Shown here: one piece after another, positions 1 to 7,719 of the stretch
Layout: each line of letters opens with the position of its first letter
Numbering within the stretch: position 1 is the first letter of the stretch
Assembly: GCA_031410115.1 (NCBI GenBank)
Contig: JANNYO010000605.1
Location: 1-34,790, forward strand
Direction: 5' to 3'
DNA: 34,790 bases
Origin: Rhodanobacteraceae bacterium
GTDB taxonomy: Bacteria; Pseudomonadota; Gammaproteobacteria; Xanthomonadales; SZUA-5
Position numbers and translations under genes: made by a program
The notes under the pieces: model-generated
Told to the model about the DNA's origin: nothing
The model's input: the letters and a program-made list of their open reading frames with translations, nothing else
Databases searched by the model: none

Positions 1-1
1 C

Positions 2-1150
2 GGGCTGTCGGTGTCGGTGATTGAAGTCAAACCAAGCACGCAGCAGCAGCGCCTGGATTTGAATGGGCAGATCGTGGCGCGCGAGCAAGTACGGATCACC
101 GCACAAATGGAAGGCTTGCGCATCGTGCGGGTGTGGGCGGATCAGGGCGAGCGCGTGGGCAAAGACGCGGTACTGCTTGAGCTTGATTCAGCCGCAATGG
201 ACGCTGAATTTAGTCAAGCGCAGCAGCAGCGCCTGAGTGCGATGGCATCGGTAGCTCAGGCGCAGGCGCAGCAGGCGCAGGCACAAAGCAGCTTGAACTT
301 GTCACTGCTCGATGCCAAGCGCTACGCCGCAGTGGCCGAGCTTGGCGCGGTCAGCGCACAAGATGTTCAAGCGCGAAACAATACGGCTCAACAGGCACAA
401 GACGGCTTAGATGTCGCGCGCGCCAATGTCAGTGCCGCCATGGCGCAGCGTGACATCGCCCAGTCTGCTTTAAATTTCGCTTTACAGCGGCGCACACGCC
501 TGAAGATTCGCGCGCCCGTCGCAGGCGTCTTGAGCGAACGAAAGGCTGAAGTGGGCAGCATTGTGTCGATGTCGGATGCTCCGCTGTTTATGCTTATGCC
601 TGATGGCGCACGCGAGTTTGAAGCAGAACTAGATCTCAGCCAGTTGGCGAATTTGCCGGACGCTGCTTTAGCCCAGGTTGCCGTTGCACAGTTTGCACAA
701 CCCTTCAAAGCCCGCTTGCGCACACGCGCGGTCAATGTGCGCACCGGTGATCGCCGTGGCCCGGTGCGTTTTGAATTGTTCGATGCCGATCAAGTTCCCA
801 TCGGCGCTAGCGCCAGCGCGCACCTAATTTTAGACGCCAAGATGGCGCTCACATTGCCGCCGTCTGCGGTGCTGTTTGACCCTGATCCATGGGTGTACAT
901 CGTTGATGATAAACAGCGCGTACAGCGCCGCAATGTGCAGCTTTCTAGTGCGAATAACGAACAGTTGGTTGTACAAGGTGGCTTAGAAGCGGGCACTTGG
1001 GTCGTCGCTAACGCCGCTACGTTGCTCAGTCCAGGCGCACTGATTCGCCCGGTGTTAACTGAAAGTAAGATAGCTATCGAAAATTCTGACAGTGTAAGCC
1101 CTGCTGATCAGGCGACAGCACCAGCGAATATCGCCGGGCCAAAACAATGA
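2..1150 (+). CDS. RND efflux periplasmic adaptor (membrane fusion protein, HlyD/AcrA-like); 5' end cut by the window edge
   Basis: The frame stays open to base 2. The protein has a lipoyl-like hairpin (VRVWADQGERVGKDAVLLELD), an Ala/Gln-rich coiled coil and beta-barrel segments. Its stop overlaps the pump start (ATGA at 1147-1150). Confidence 0.85.
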   Translation, partial: GLSVSVIEVKPSTQQQRLDLNGQIVAREQVRITAQMEGLRIVRVWADQGERVGKDAVLLELDSAAMDAEFSQAQQQRLSAMASVAQAQAQQAQAQSSLNLSLLDAKRYAAVAELGAVSAQDVQARNNTAQQAQDGLDVARANVSAAMAQRDIAQSALNFALQRRTRLKIRAPVAGVLSERKAEVGSIVSMSDAPLFMLMPDGAREFEAELDLSQLANLPDAALAQVAVAQFAQPFKARLRTRAVNVRTGDRRGPVRFELFDADQVPIGASASAHLILDAKMALTLPPSAVLFDPDPWVYIVDDKQRVQRRNVQLSSANNEQLVVQGGLEAGTWVVANAATLLSPGALIRPVLTESKIAIENSDSVSPADQATAPANIAGPKQ

Positions 1151-4100
1151 AGCTTGCGATTTCAAGCTGGGCGATTCGCAATCCTACGCCGGTCATCTTG
1201 TTGTTCGCGATTCTGAGCTTATTGGGTGTCGCGAGCTATTTGAAGTTGCCGGTTACGGGCAATCCGAAGATTGAGTTTCCTATTGTTAGCGTCAGCGTTG
1301 CACTTCCCGGCGCACAACCTCAACAGCTCGAACAAAACGTCGCGTTGAAGCTTGAAAACGCGCTCAGCGGTTTGGTGGGCATACGCCACATCAGCACCAG
1401 CATTGCCGATGGCGCAGTCGATGTGACTGTGGAATTTGCCCTCGAAGCGGATTTAGATCGCAGTGTTGCCGACGTGCGCGAGGCCACCGCGCGGGTTCGT
1501 CCTGAGCTGCCACAGTCAGTTGGTGAGCCGATTGTGACGCGCGTGGATGTGTCGGGTGGCGCTTTGCAGGCTTATGTGGTGCGTGCACCCGGTATGGATC
1601 CATTGGTGTTGCGGCGAATGGTGGAAGATCAGCTTAAGCCCGAACTGTTAGCCGTCGATGGCGTGCAACAAGTTTTAAGCCGGGGCGGCGCAGGGCGTGA
1701 ACTACAGGTTGAATTGATTCCGGAAAAGCTCAGCGCTTTGGGTTTGAGCGTACAAGAGGTGCTGCGGCAACTGCGTAGCGGTGAGCAAAATCTTCCGGCG
1801 GGCAGCGTGCGGCGCGGCGAAGCTAGCGTGGCTTTACGCGTGTTGTCTGCCAGTGACAGCGCACGCAGTTTAGCGGCGCGCCAGATCAGTTTAACCGGCG
1901 ATCGCGCTGGCGAGCGTGTGCGTCTGGACGCCATCGCCCAAGTGATTGATGGCGCCAAAAGCGGGCGCGGTTTCGCCCTGTTGGACGGTGAGCCGGTGCT
2001 GGTCATTGAACTCTATAAAACCCGTGGCGGCAGCGAGCTGAGTATGGCCGATGGTGTTGCTGAGGCACTAAAAAGTTTCAGCACGCGTAACAATGACGTC
2101 GCGTTTGAAATCTATTTTGATGGCGCGCAATTGACTCGGGATTCTTTTCATGGCGCACGTGACACACTGATTGAAGGTACGATCTTAACTATTTTTGTCG
2201 TGCTATTTTTCTTGCGTGATTGGCGCGCAACAGCCGTTGCGGCACTTGCAATTCCGCTATCTCTGCTACCCACGTTTGCAGCGATGCAATGGATGAATTT
2301 TTATCTAGATCAAGTCAGTCTGCTGGCGTTGATTTTAGTTATTGGCATTTTGGTTGACGATGCAATTGTAGAAGTCGAAAACATTGAGCGACGGATTCAA
2401 AGTGGGCAGAAACCCTATGATGCCGCACTCTACGGCGCTGATGAAATTGGCCTGGCGATTCTGGCGATCACGCTGGTTATTGTGGCGGTGTTTTTGCCAG
2501 TAAGTTTTATCAAAGGTGTCGTGGGTAAATATTTTGTTGAGTTTGGTTTAACGACAACTGCTGCCGTTTTGTCCTCGCTGGTGGTGGCGCGATTGGTCAC
2601 GCCGTTGATGTGTGCGCACTGGTTAAAAGCCAAGCCGCATAAGTCCAAGCCTGTGGGCCGGACCCAGCTTGCTTATGAGCACGCCTTGGCCGCGTTACTC
2701 CGCCACCCATGGCGCACAGGCGCATTCGCAGTCGCTATTTTCCTAACTTCCATCACGTTACTAGCGTTGATTCCAACAGGTTTCTTGCCGAAAACCCGGG
2801 GTAGTTCGGTGACTGTGGACTATCAATTGCCGCCTGGCAGCGAGCTGCACCGTTCGGTTGCTACCGCCGAACAATTGCGTAGCAAACTCAGCAACGTGGC
2901 TGATATCGCGCACGTTTTTGCCAGCGATAGCGGCAATGGCGCCGGCTCGTTACGCGTTGTGCTGGTGCCCGCCGATGTGCGTACACAATCGCGCGAACAC
3001 ACCATCGAGCTTATTCGGCGTGCGAGCGAGACGCTGATCGATGTCAGAACCAATTTACTGGTGACCGACGAAGGCAAAGAATTCCGCATGGATTTTAGTA
3101 GTACCGACGGCGCGGCGCTGGAACGCTTTATAGAAACCCTGAGCGCACAGGCGGCAGGTCTGACGATGTTTCGCGATCTTGAACACACGCGCGGCAATCT
3201 TGCGCCGGTAATTGATGTGCTTCCTAACCATGATGAGATGGCGCGTTTGGGGGTCAGTGCGGAGGATCTGAGCACGGCACTGAGTCTTTCCAGCGGCGCT
3301 GAGCTGGATACCCAGCTGACACGTATCCCCCTGCAGGGTGAACTCGTGCCGATTCGTTTGCGCTTGGCGGGTGGTGAGCGCATGGATTTAGCGCGCATAC
3401 GTGATTTACCGATTGCCACACAAAACGGTGTCGTGCCACTGATTAGTCTGGCAAGTTTGCGCAACGCGAGCACCCCGTCTCGTATTGAGCGTCTAGATCG
3501 CAAACGCACTTTGGCGATTACCGCGAACTTAAAAGACGCGACCATCGGCGAGGCTAGCGACGCGATACGTGCGCTACCTGCCTATCTCAATAAGCCGATC
3601 AGCATCAATACCGCCGATTACGGCGATAGCGCCTACATGGAAGAAATGTTCATAGGTTTCGCACTTGCGATTGCCTTAGGTTTGATCGCTGTGTATGCGG
3701 TGCTGGTATTACTATTTCAAGATTGGCTACAGCCGCTAACGATTATGGCGGCACTTCCGCTCTCGCTCGGCGGAGCGGCGCTGGCATTACTAATGACAGG
3801 CCACTCGTTGAACTTGTCCACCATGATTGGCATTTTGATGCTGTTTGGCATTGTCGCGAAAAACTCGATCTTGCTGGTGGATTTTATTGTTGAAGCGCGC
3901 AAGGCCGGTAACACCCGCATCGAGGCGATTATGAAAGCTGGGCGCGAACGCGCACGGCCGATTGTGATGACGACTTTAGCGATGATTGGCGGCATGCTGC
4001 CCGCAGCCATCGGCTTTGGCGCCGACGATGGTTTTCGCGCGCCGATGGCGGTCGTGGTGATTGGCGGCCTGCTGGCGTCGACCTTTCTTAGCCTGTTGCT

Positions 4101-4200
4101 GGTGCCGTGGATTTACACCGTGATTGATGATTGTAAGCATTGGCTTTTGCTGCGCTGGCACGGCGAAAACGCAAACGTAGGAGTGACGCGTCATGGCTAA
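1147..4200 (+). CDS. RND efflux transporter permease (AcrB/AcrD/AcrF family inner-membrane pump)
   Basis: 1017 aa. N-terminus MKLAISSWAIRNPTPV with TM1, two large periplasmic loops and about 12 TM segments. Contains the conserved LVIGILVDDAIVEVENIER motif. Coupled to both flanking genes. Confidence 0.93.
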   Translation: MKLAISSWAIRNPTPVILLFAILSLLGVASYLKLPVTGNPKIEFPIVSVSVALPGAQPQQLEQNVALKLENALSGLVGIRHISTSIADGAVDVTVEFALEADLDRSVADVREATARVRPELPQSVGEPIVTRVDVSGGALQAYVVRAPGMDPLVLRRMVEDQLKPELLAVDGVQQVLSRGGAGRELQVELIPEKLSALGLSVQEVLRQLRSGEQNLPAGSVRRGEASVALRVLSASDSARSLAARQISLTGDRAGERVRLDAIAQVIDGAKSGRGFALLDGEPVLVIELYKTRGGSELSMADGVAEALKSFSTRNNDVAFEIYFDGAQLTRDSFHGARDTLIEGTILTIFVVLFFLRDWRATAVAALAIPLSLLPTFAAMQWMNFYLDQVSLLALILVIGILVDDAIVEVENIERRIQSGQKPYDAALYGADEIGLAILAITLVIVAVFLPVSFIKGVVGKYFVEFGLTTTAAVLSSLVVARLVTPLMCAHWLKAKPHKSKPVGRTQLAYEHALAALLRHPWRTGAFAVAIFLTSITLLALIPTGFLPKTRGSSVTVDYQLPPGSELHRSVATAEQLRSKLSNVADIAHVFASDSGNGAGSLRVVLVPADVRTQSREHTIELIRRASETLIDVRTNLLVTDEGKEFRMDFSSTDGAALERFIETLSAQAAGLTMFRDLEHTRGNLAPVIDVLPNHDEMARLGVSAEDLSTALSLSSGAELDTQLTRIPLQGELVPIRLRLAGGERMDLARIRDLPIATQNGVVPLISLASLRNASTPSRIERLDRKRTLAITANLKDATIGEASDAIRALPAYLNKPISINTADYGDSAYMEEMFIGFALAIALGLIAVYAVLVLLFQDWLQPLTIMAALPLSLGGAALALLMTGHSLNLSTMIGILMLFGIVAKNSILLVDFIVEARKAGNTRIEAIMKAGRERARPIVMTTLAMIGGMLPAAIGFGADDGFRAPMAVVVIGGLLASTFLSLLLVPWIYTVIDDCKHWLLLRWHGENANVGVTRHG

Positions 4201-5674
4201 GCTCTCTTCTTTAATTCTTTCAATAGTTAGTTTCAGCACTAGTTTGCTGCTGTTAGGCGGTTGCACCAATATGGTGCAACGCTTAGCCCAAGCGCAGCCT
4301 AAGACGGTGTCGGCGCAATCTACCGAGCCCGGCAGCGCGCCGAAACATTTAGCACACACCAAGCTTCCGCTGATTGCGTTTACGCCGGGCACGCAAGCCT
4401 GGATGGATCGTGCAATTGCCAGCAGCGCTACCGTCGCCATCGCCCAGGCGCGCATGGAAGAAGCGCAGGCACAAAGCCGCAGCGTTTTTGGTGTGCTGCT
4501 GCCAGAACTCAGCGCTACGCTTGGCGCAAGCGACGGTCGACAGCGTGCTGTGGCGATAGAACCTCCAGTTGAGACGGATTTGCCGGTACGCAACGAGCGC
4601 CGGCAGGGCAGTTTTGAATTCCGCTGGGAACTCGATATTTTTGGCGCAAATCGCGCGCGCAACCGTGCGGCAGCCTCGTTGGTGCGGGCGGCGTTCGCGG
4701 ACTTAACCTTTGCCCGGCAGAGCTTAGCTGCACAATTGCAGCAAACGCTCGTGCGCCGCACCGCTGCGATTTCGCGGGTTGCTTATAACCAACGGCTGAT
4801 TGCAGTGCTGAATAAAATTGACCTGTTAGAGCAGGCGTTAGCAGACACGGGTATTCGCAGTCGCGCTGACTGGCTGCGCGTGCGGGCGGATTTGCAAGCC
4901 CGCCAAAACGACGCCGAACGTGATCAGTTGGATTTAGAAGCGCAAACCCTGCGGTTACGTGCACTCAGCGATAGCCCGCGTGCTGAAATCGAAAGGCTGT
5001 TGGCAAATGAGAAGCTTCCTAACTGCCCAGTTGACGCCGAATTTTCACTGCCTCTACAAGCTTTAGCCGCGCGCCCAGATGTTTCGGCGGCACAGTGGCG
5101 TCTGCGTGCGGCATTTAACGATGCCGACGCCGCGCAATTGGATCGCTTGCCGAACTTGACGTTAACCGGCAGCAGCGGCAGTAGTCGCCAAGAAAGCACG
5201 GATTTGTTCAGCACGATCACCCGCAGTTTCGAGCACAGTTTTGGCTTGTCGATCGCGCAAAAACTTTTCGCAGGCGGGCGTATTCAGGCAAACGTCGACG
5301 CCGCACGTGCACGCGGCGCGCAGCAAACTGCGCAGTATCGTGAGGTGTTGCTGCTTGCCGCTGAAGAGGTGGATTTAGCAATAGCCAGCGCACGTCAAAG
5401 CAGTCGCAGCGCCAGCCGCTTAGATGCGGCACTGTTAGATAGCGAACAATTACGGGCGTTGTCGCAGGCGCGTCTACAGGCGGGAATTGATAGCCAGCTT
5501 GATCGCGCTTTAGTCGAGCGCGACTATTTAGAACGTGCCTTAGCCGCCTTGGATGGTCAGCGCGAGCGCTGCGTCGCTGCCATTAGTGTGCGCCGCGCGC
5601 TAGCAAGCGTCTGGCCTGATCCGAACACAAAGAATTTAATTTCCCAACAAAAGGTAGGACCAAACCGTGATTAA
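4193..5674 (+). CDS. RND outer-membrane factor lipoprotein (NodT/TolC family)
   Basis: Lipobox LLLGGC near the N-terminus. Two TolC-like repeat halves rich in A/Q/R/L coiled segments. ATG at 4193 overlaps the pump stop by 8 nt and is preceded by GTAGGAG. Confidence 0.88.
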   Translation: MAKLSSLILSIVSFSTSLLLLGGCTNMVQRLAQAQPKTVSAQSTEPGSAPKHLAHTKLPLIAFTPGTQAWMDRAIASSATVAIAQARMEEAQAQSRSVFGVLLPELSATLGASDGRQRAVAIEPPVETDLPVRNERRQGSFEFRWELDIFGANRARNRAAASLVRAAFADLTFARQSLAAQLQQTLVRRTAAISRVAYNQRLIAVLNKIDLLEQALADTGIRSRADWLRVRADLQARQNDAERDQLDLEAQTLRLRALSDSPRAEIERLLANEKLPNCPVDAEFSLPLQALAARPDVSAAQWRLRAAFNDADAAQLDRLPNLTLTGSSGSSRQESTDLFSTITRSFEHSFGLSIAQKLFAGGRIQANVDAARARGAQQTAQYREVLLLAAEEVDLAIASARQSSRSASRLDAALLDSEQLRALSQARLQAGIDSQLDRALVERDYLERALAALDGQRERCVAAISVRRALASVWPDPNTKNLISQQKVGPNRD

Positions 5675-6299
5675 ACACATCGTACAAAAGTGGCTTAAGC
5701 CCGTCGCGTTGGTCTGCATGATTTGCAGTGTCGCAGCCTGCACGCCCTCTGCGCGTATGCGCACCGAGCAGCGGCTTGCGGATATGAACCCGCTGAAAAT
5801 TGAATGCGTGCGGGTGCAAACCCCGAGTGTGGTACTGGCATTGGTGCCGACGTTCAAAACCGAGCGCGATGAGCGCATTTTTAACGCGGAGCTGCGCATG
5901 GCGAAAGTGTATTTTGCCGAACGACTCGCAAGCGAGCTCAAGCAAATGGAAGACCCGCTGCGGGTCAAGCGCAGCGGCGCGTGCGCATCCGGTTTGGTGA
6001 TGCGCACCACGATTACGGAGTTCAATCCCGGCGGGCGATTTACCAGCATGGTGACCATGGGTTTCGCCGCTGATTTGCGTATTGAAAAAGCCGAAACCGG
6101 GCAGCAGTTGGCGCTGTTTTCGTTGCGGCACGGCAAAGCGGTCAACACCGTTTCCTCAGTCGTTGCAATGGCAAGCCCAATCCCAATTACCGACGGTGTT
6201 AGTGATATGCCAAGCCTGCTCGATAGCCTAGTTGAAAAAGCGCTTGAAGCGATTGAAGCATCTTTCGAAAAGGAAAAAAGTAGGGTGGGGAAGCTTTAA
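5667..6299 (+). CDS. Small lipoprotein of unknown function (tentatively DUF4410-like), translationally coupled to the efflux operon
   Basis: Signal peptide plus lipobox (VALVCMICSVAAC). GTG start overlaps the OMF stop by 8 nt. The family assignment is from memory of the ITEFxPG...G motif only. Confidence 0.6.
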   Translation: MIKHIVQKWLKPVALVCMICSVAACTPSARMRTEQRLADMNPLKIECVRVQTPSVVLALVPTFKTERDERIFNAELRMAKVYFAERLASELKQMEDPLRVKRSGACASGLVMRTTITEFNPGGRFTSMVTMGFAADLRIEKAETGQQLALFSLRHGKAVNTVSSVVAMASPIPITDGVSDMPSLLDSLVEKALEAIEASFEKEKSRVGKL

Positions 6300-6451
6300 C
6301 CTAGATCCGGCAGTTGATCGCTTATTAACTTCGCCAAAGCTTTGAATTTAATGAAGAATTCATGCATTAAAACCAGCCCTGATGCTCAGCTCAGCGCAAT
6401 GCAAGCTAGATGTATCTTGTTTTATCTAGAGATATAAATTCCCGGTAATTT

Positions 6452-6480
6452 CAGCGCTAAAAAGCGCTGGCGCATTTTTT
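6452..6480 (+). terminator. Possible rho-independent terminator after the efflux/lipoprotein operon
   Basis: 7-bp stem CAGCGCT/AGCGCTG (6452-6458 / 6463-6469) with loop AAAA. A T6 run at 6475-6480 follows, but it is separated from the stem by 5 nt. The structure overlaps the sigma54-like motif. Confidence 0.35.
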
Positions 6481-6483
6481 GCA
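6468..6483 (+). promoter_or_regulatory. Candidate sigma54 (-24/-12) promoter for rtcA
   Basis: TGGCGCATTTTTTGCA has GG (6469-6470) and GC (6481-6482) exactly 12 nt apart, as in the consensus TGGCAC-N5-TTGCW. It lies 103 nt upstream of the rtcA ATG. The rtc operon is sigma54-dependent in E. coli. Confidence 0.5.
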
Positions 6484-6585
6484 GAGCCCAGCGATTACAA
6501 ATCCTGATTGCGGCGACGTGATCGCATTCGCGATTGCTTTGCGGCAATGGCGAATTCAATCGAAATTTAATGGACAGGGCGGCAG

Positions 6586-7719
6586 ATGAATTTTTTATCG
6601 ATAGACGGCAGCGTAGGCGAGGGCGGCGGGCAAATTTTGCGCTCCAGCTTGAGTTTGTCGATGCTCAAAGGGCAGCCGATTCACATCCGAAAAATTCGTG
6701 CGGGGCGCAGTAAACCGGGTTTGATGCGCCAGCATTTGGTGTGTGTGGAAGCCGCGCGTGCGCTGTGTGGCGCTGTCGTGGAAGGCGCGAATCTGGGCAG
6801 CACCGAGCTGCGTTTTACGCCTGGCGCGCTGATACCGGGTGATTATAATTTTGCCATCGGTTCCGCCGGTTCGACCACGCTGGTGCTGCAAACCGTGCTG
6901 CCTGCGATGCTGGCGATGTCGATGCCCTGTAGTCTGTCGCTCACCGGCGGCACGCACAATCCGCTGGCGCCATCGGCGGATTTTTTCAGCGACTGTTTTA
7001 TGCCGCAACTGCATGCGATGGGTGCGAATGTGCAGTTTGAGTTGCGCCAATTGGGCCTGTTTCCGGCCGGCGGCGGCCAGGTCAAATTGTGCACCCAGCC
7101 GCAACTGTCTCGCCGATCAGGCGACACGGCAGATGAGCGTCAGACTGGTCTGGCGCATTTGCGTCTAATGCAGCGAATCGGCAGCCCGCGCATGAGCGCA
7201 CATGCGATTGTGGCGGGCGTGCCAGAGCACGTGGCGCAGCGGGAACTCAACTGGCTGCGCGAAAACGACACCGGAAAGCTCCGCCTTCCCTTTTCGTCCA
7301 TGCGCAGCTCAGCCGGTATCCAGACTGAGCACACCGGCCCCGGCAATGTCTTGGGGCTGAGCGTGCATTTCGACAACGTCAGTGCCCACGTGACCGAATT
7401 TGGCACGCGCGCGAAGAGTGCGGAAGACGTCGCCAAATCCGCACGTGATGGCATAGCACGCTACCTGCGCTCGGGTGCGGTGGTGTGTGAACATCTGGCG
7501 GATCAACTGTTGCTGCCGATGTTGATCGCCGGTGGCGGTGAATTTGTCACCGGCGAACCGAGCGCGCATCTGCGCACGAACGCCAGTGTGATTGAGGCAT
7601 TTGGCGTAGCGAAAATTAGTATTGATGCCTTGGGTGAAGGGCTTTGGCGCGTGGGTCTATTGTCCGCTACCGCGGCAACGCCAAATCCACACCAGTGCTA
7701 TCAGTCAACAGCCATCTAA
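6586..7719 (+). CDS. rtcA: RNA 3'-terminal phosphate cyclase
   Basis: N-terminus IDGSVGEGGGQILRSSLSLSMLKGQPIHIRKIRAGRSKPGLMRQHL, plus FAIGSAGSTTLVLQTVLP and C-terminal EHLADQLLLPM, are hallmark RtcA motifs. At 377 aa it is longer than the roughly 340 aa I recall for the E. coli enzyme. Confidence 0.92.
   Translation: MNFLSIDGSVGEGGGQILRSSLSLSMLKGQPIHIRKIRAGRSKPGLMRQHLVCVEAARALCGAVVEGANLGSTELRFTPGALIPGDYNFAIGSAGSTTLVLQTVLPAMLAMSMPCSLSLTGGTHNPLAPSADFFSDCFMPQLHAMGANVQFELRQLGLFPAGGGQVKLCTQPQLSRRSGDTADERQTGLAHLRLMQRIGSPRMSAHAIVAGVPEHVAQRELNWLRENDTGKLRLPFSSMRSSAGIQTEHTGPGNVLGLSVHFDNVSAHVTEFGTRAKSAEDVAKSARDGIARYLRSGAVVCEHLADQLLLPMLIAGGGEFVTGEPSAHLRTNASVIEAFGVAKISIDALGEGLWRVGLLSATAATPNPHQCYQSTAI
7107..7148 (+). 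repeat. REP-like palindromic element copy A (inside the rtcA coding sequence)
   Basis: Sequence is GTCTCGCC-GATCA-GGCGACAC-GGCAGATGAG...ACTGG. It shares an exact 19-mer (AGGCGACACGGCAGATGAG) and an exact 8-mer (GTCTCGCC) with the reverse complement of 27351-27386. Confidence 0.7.

Noticed and set aside
2823-4761. Long antisense ORFs inside the RND pump and OMF genes (2823-3545, 3976-4761). Similar shadow ORFs lie opposite or overlapping other confident genes (e.g. 5583-6148, 6595-7104, 10045-10840, 12421-12903, 13106-13641, 13879-14478, 15715-17236, 21506-22342, 28283-30204, 32260-33526).
   Set aside because: These are typical GC-rich shadow frames. Their compositions are Arg/Ala/Ser/Cys-rich and low in complexity, and they contain no motifs. 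Each is fully contained in a strongly supported gene on the other strand or frame.
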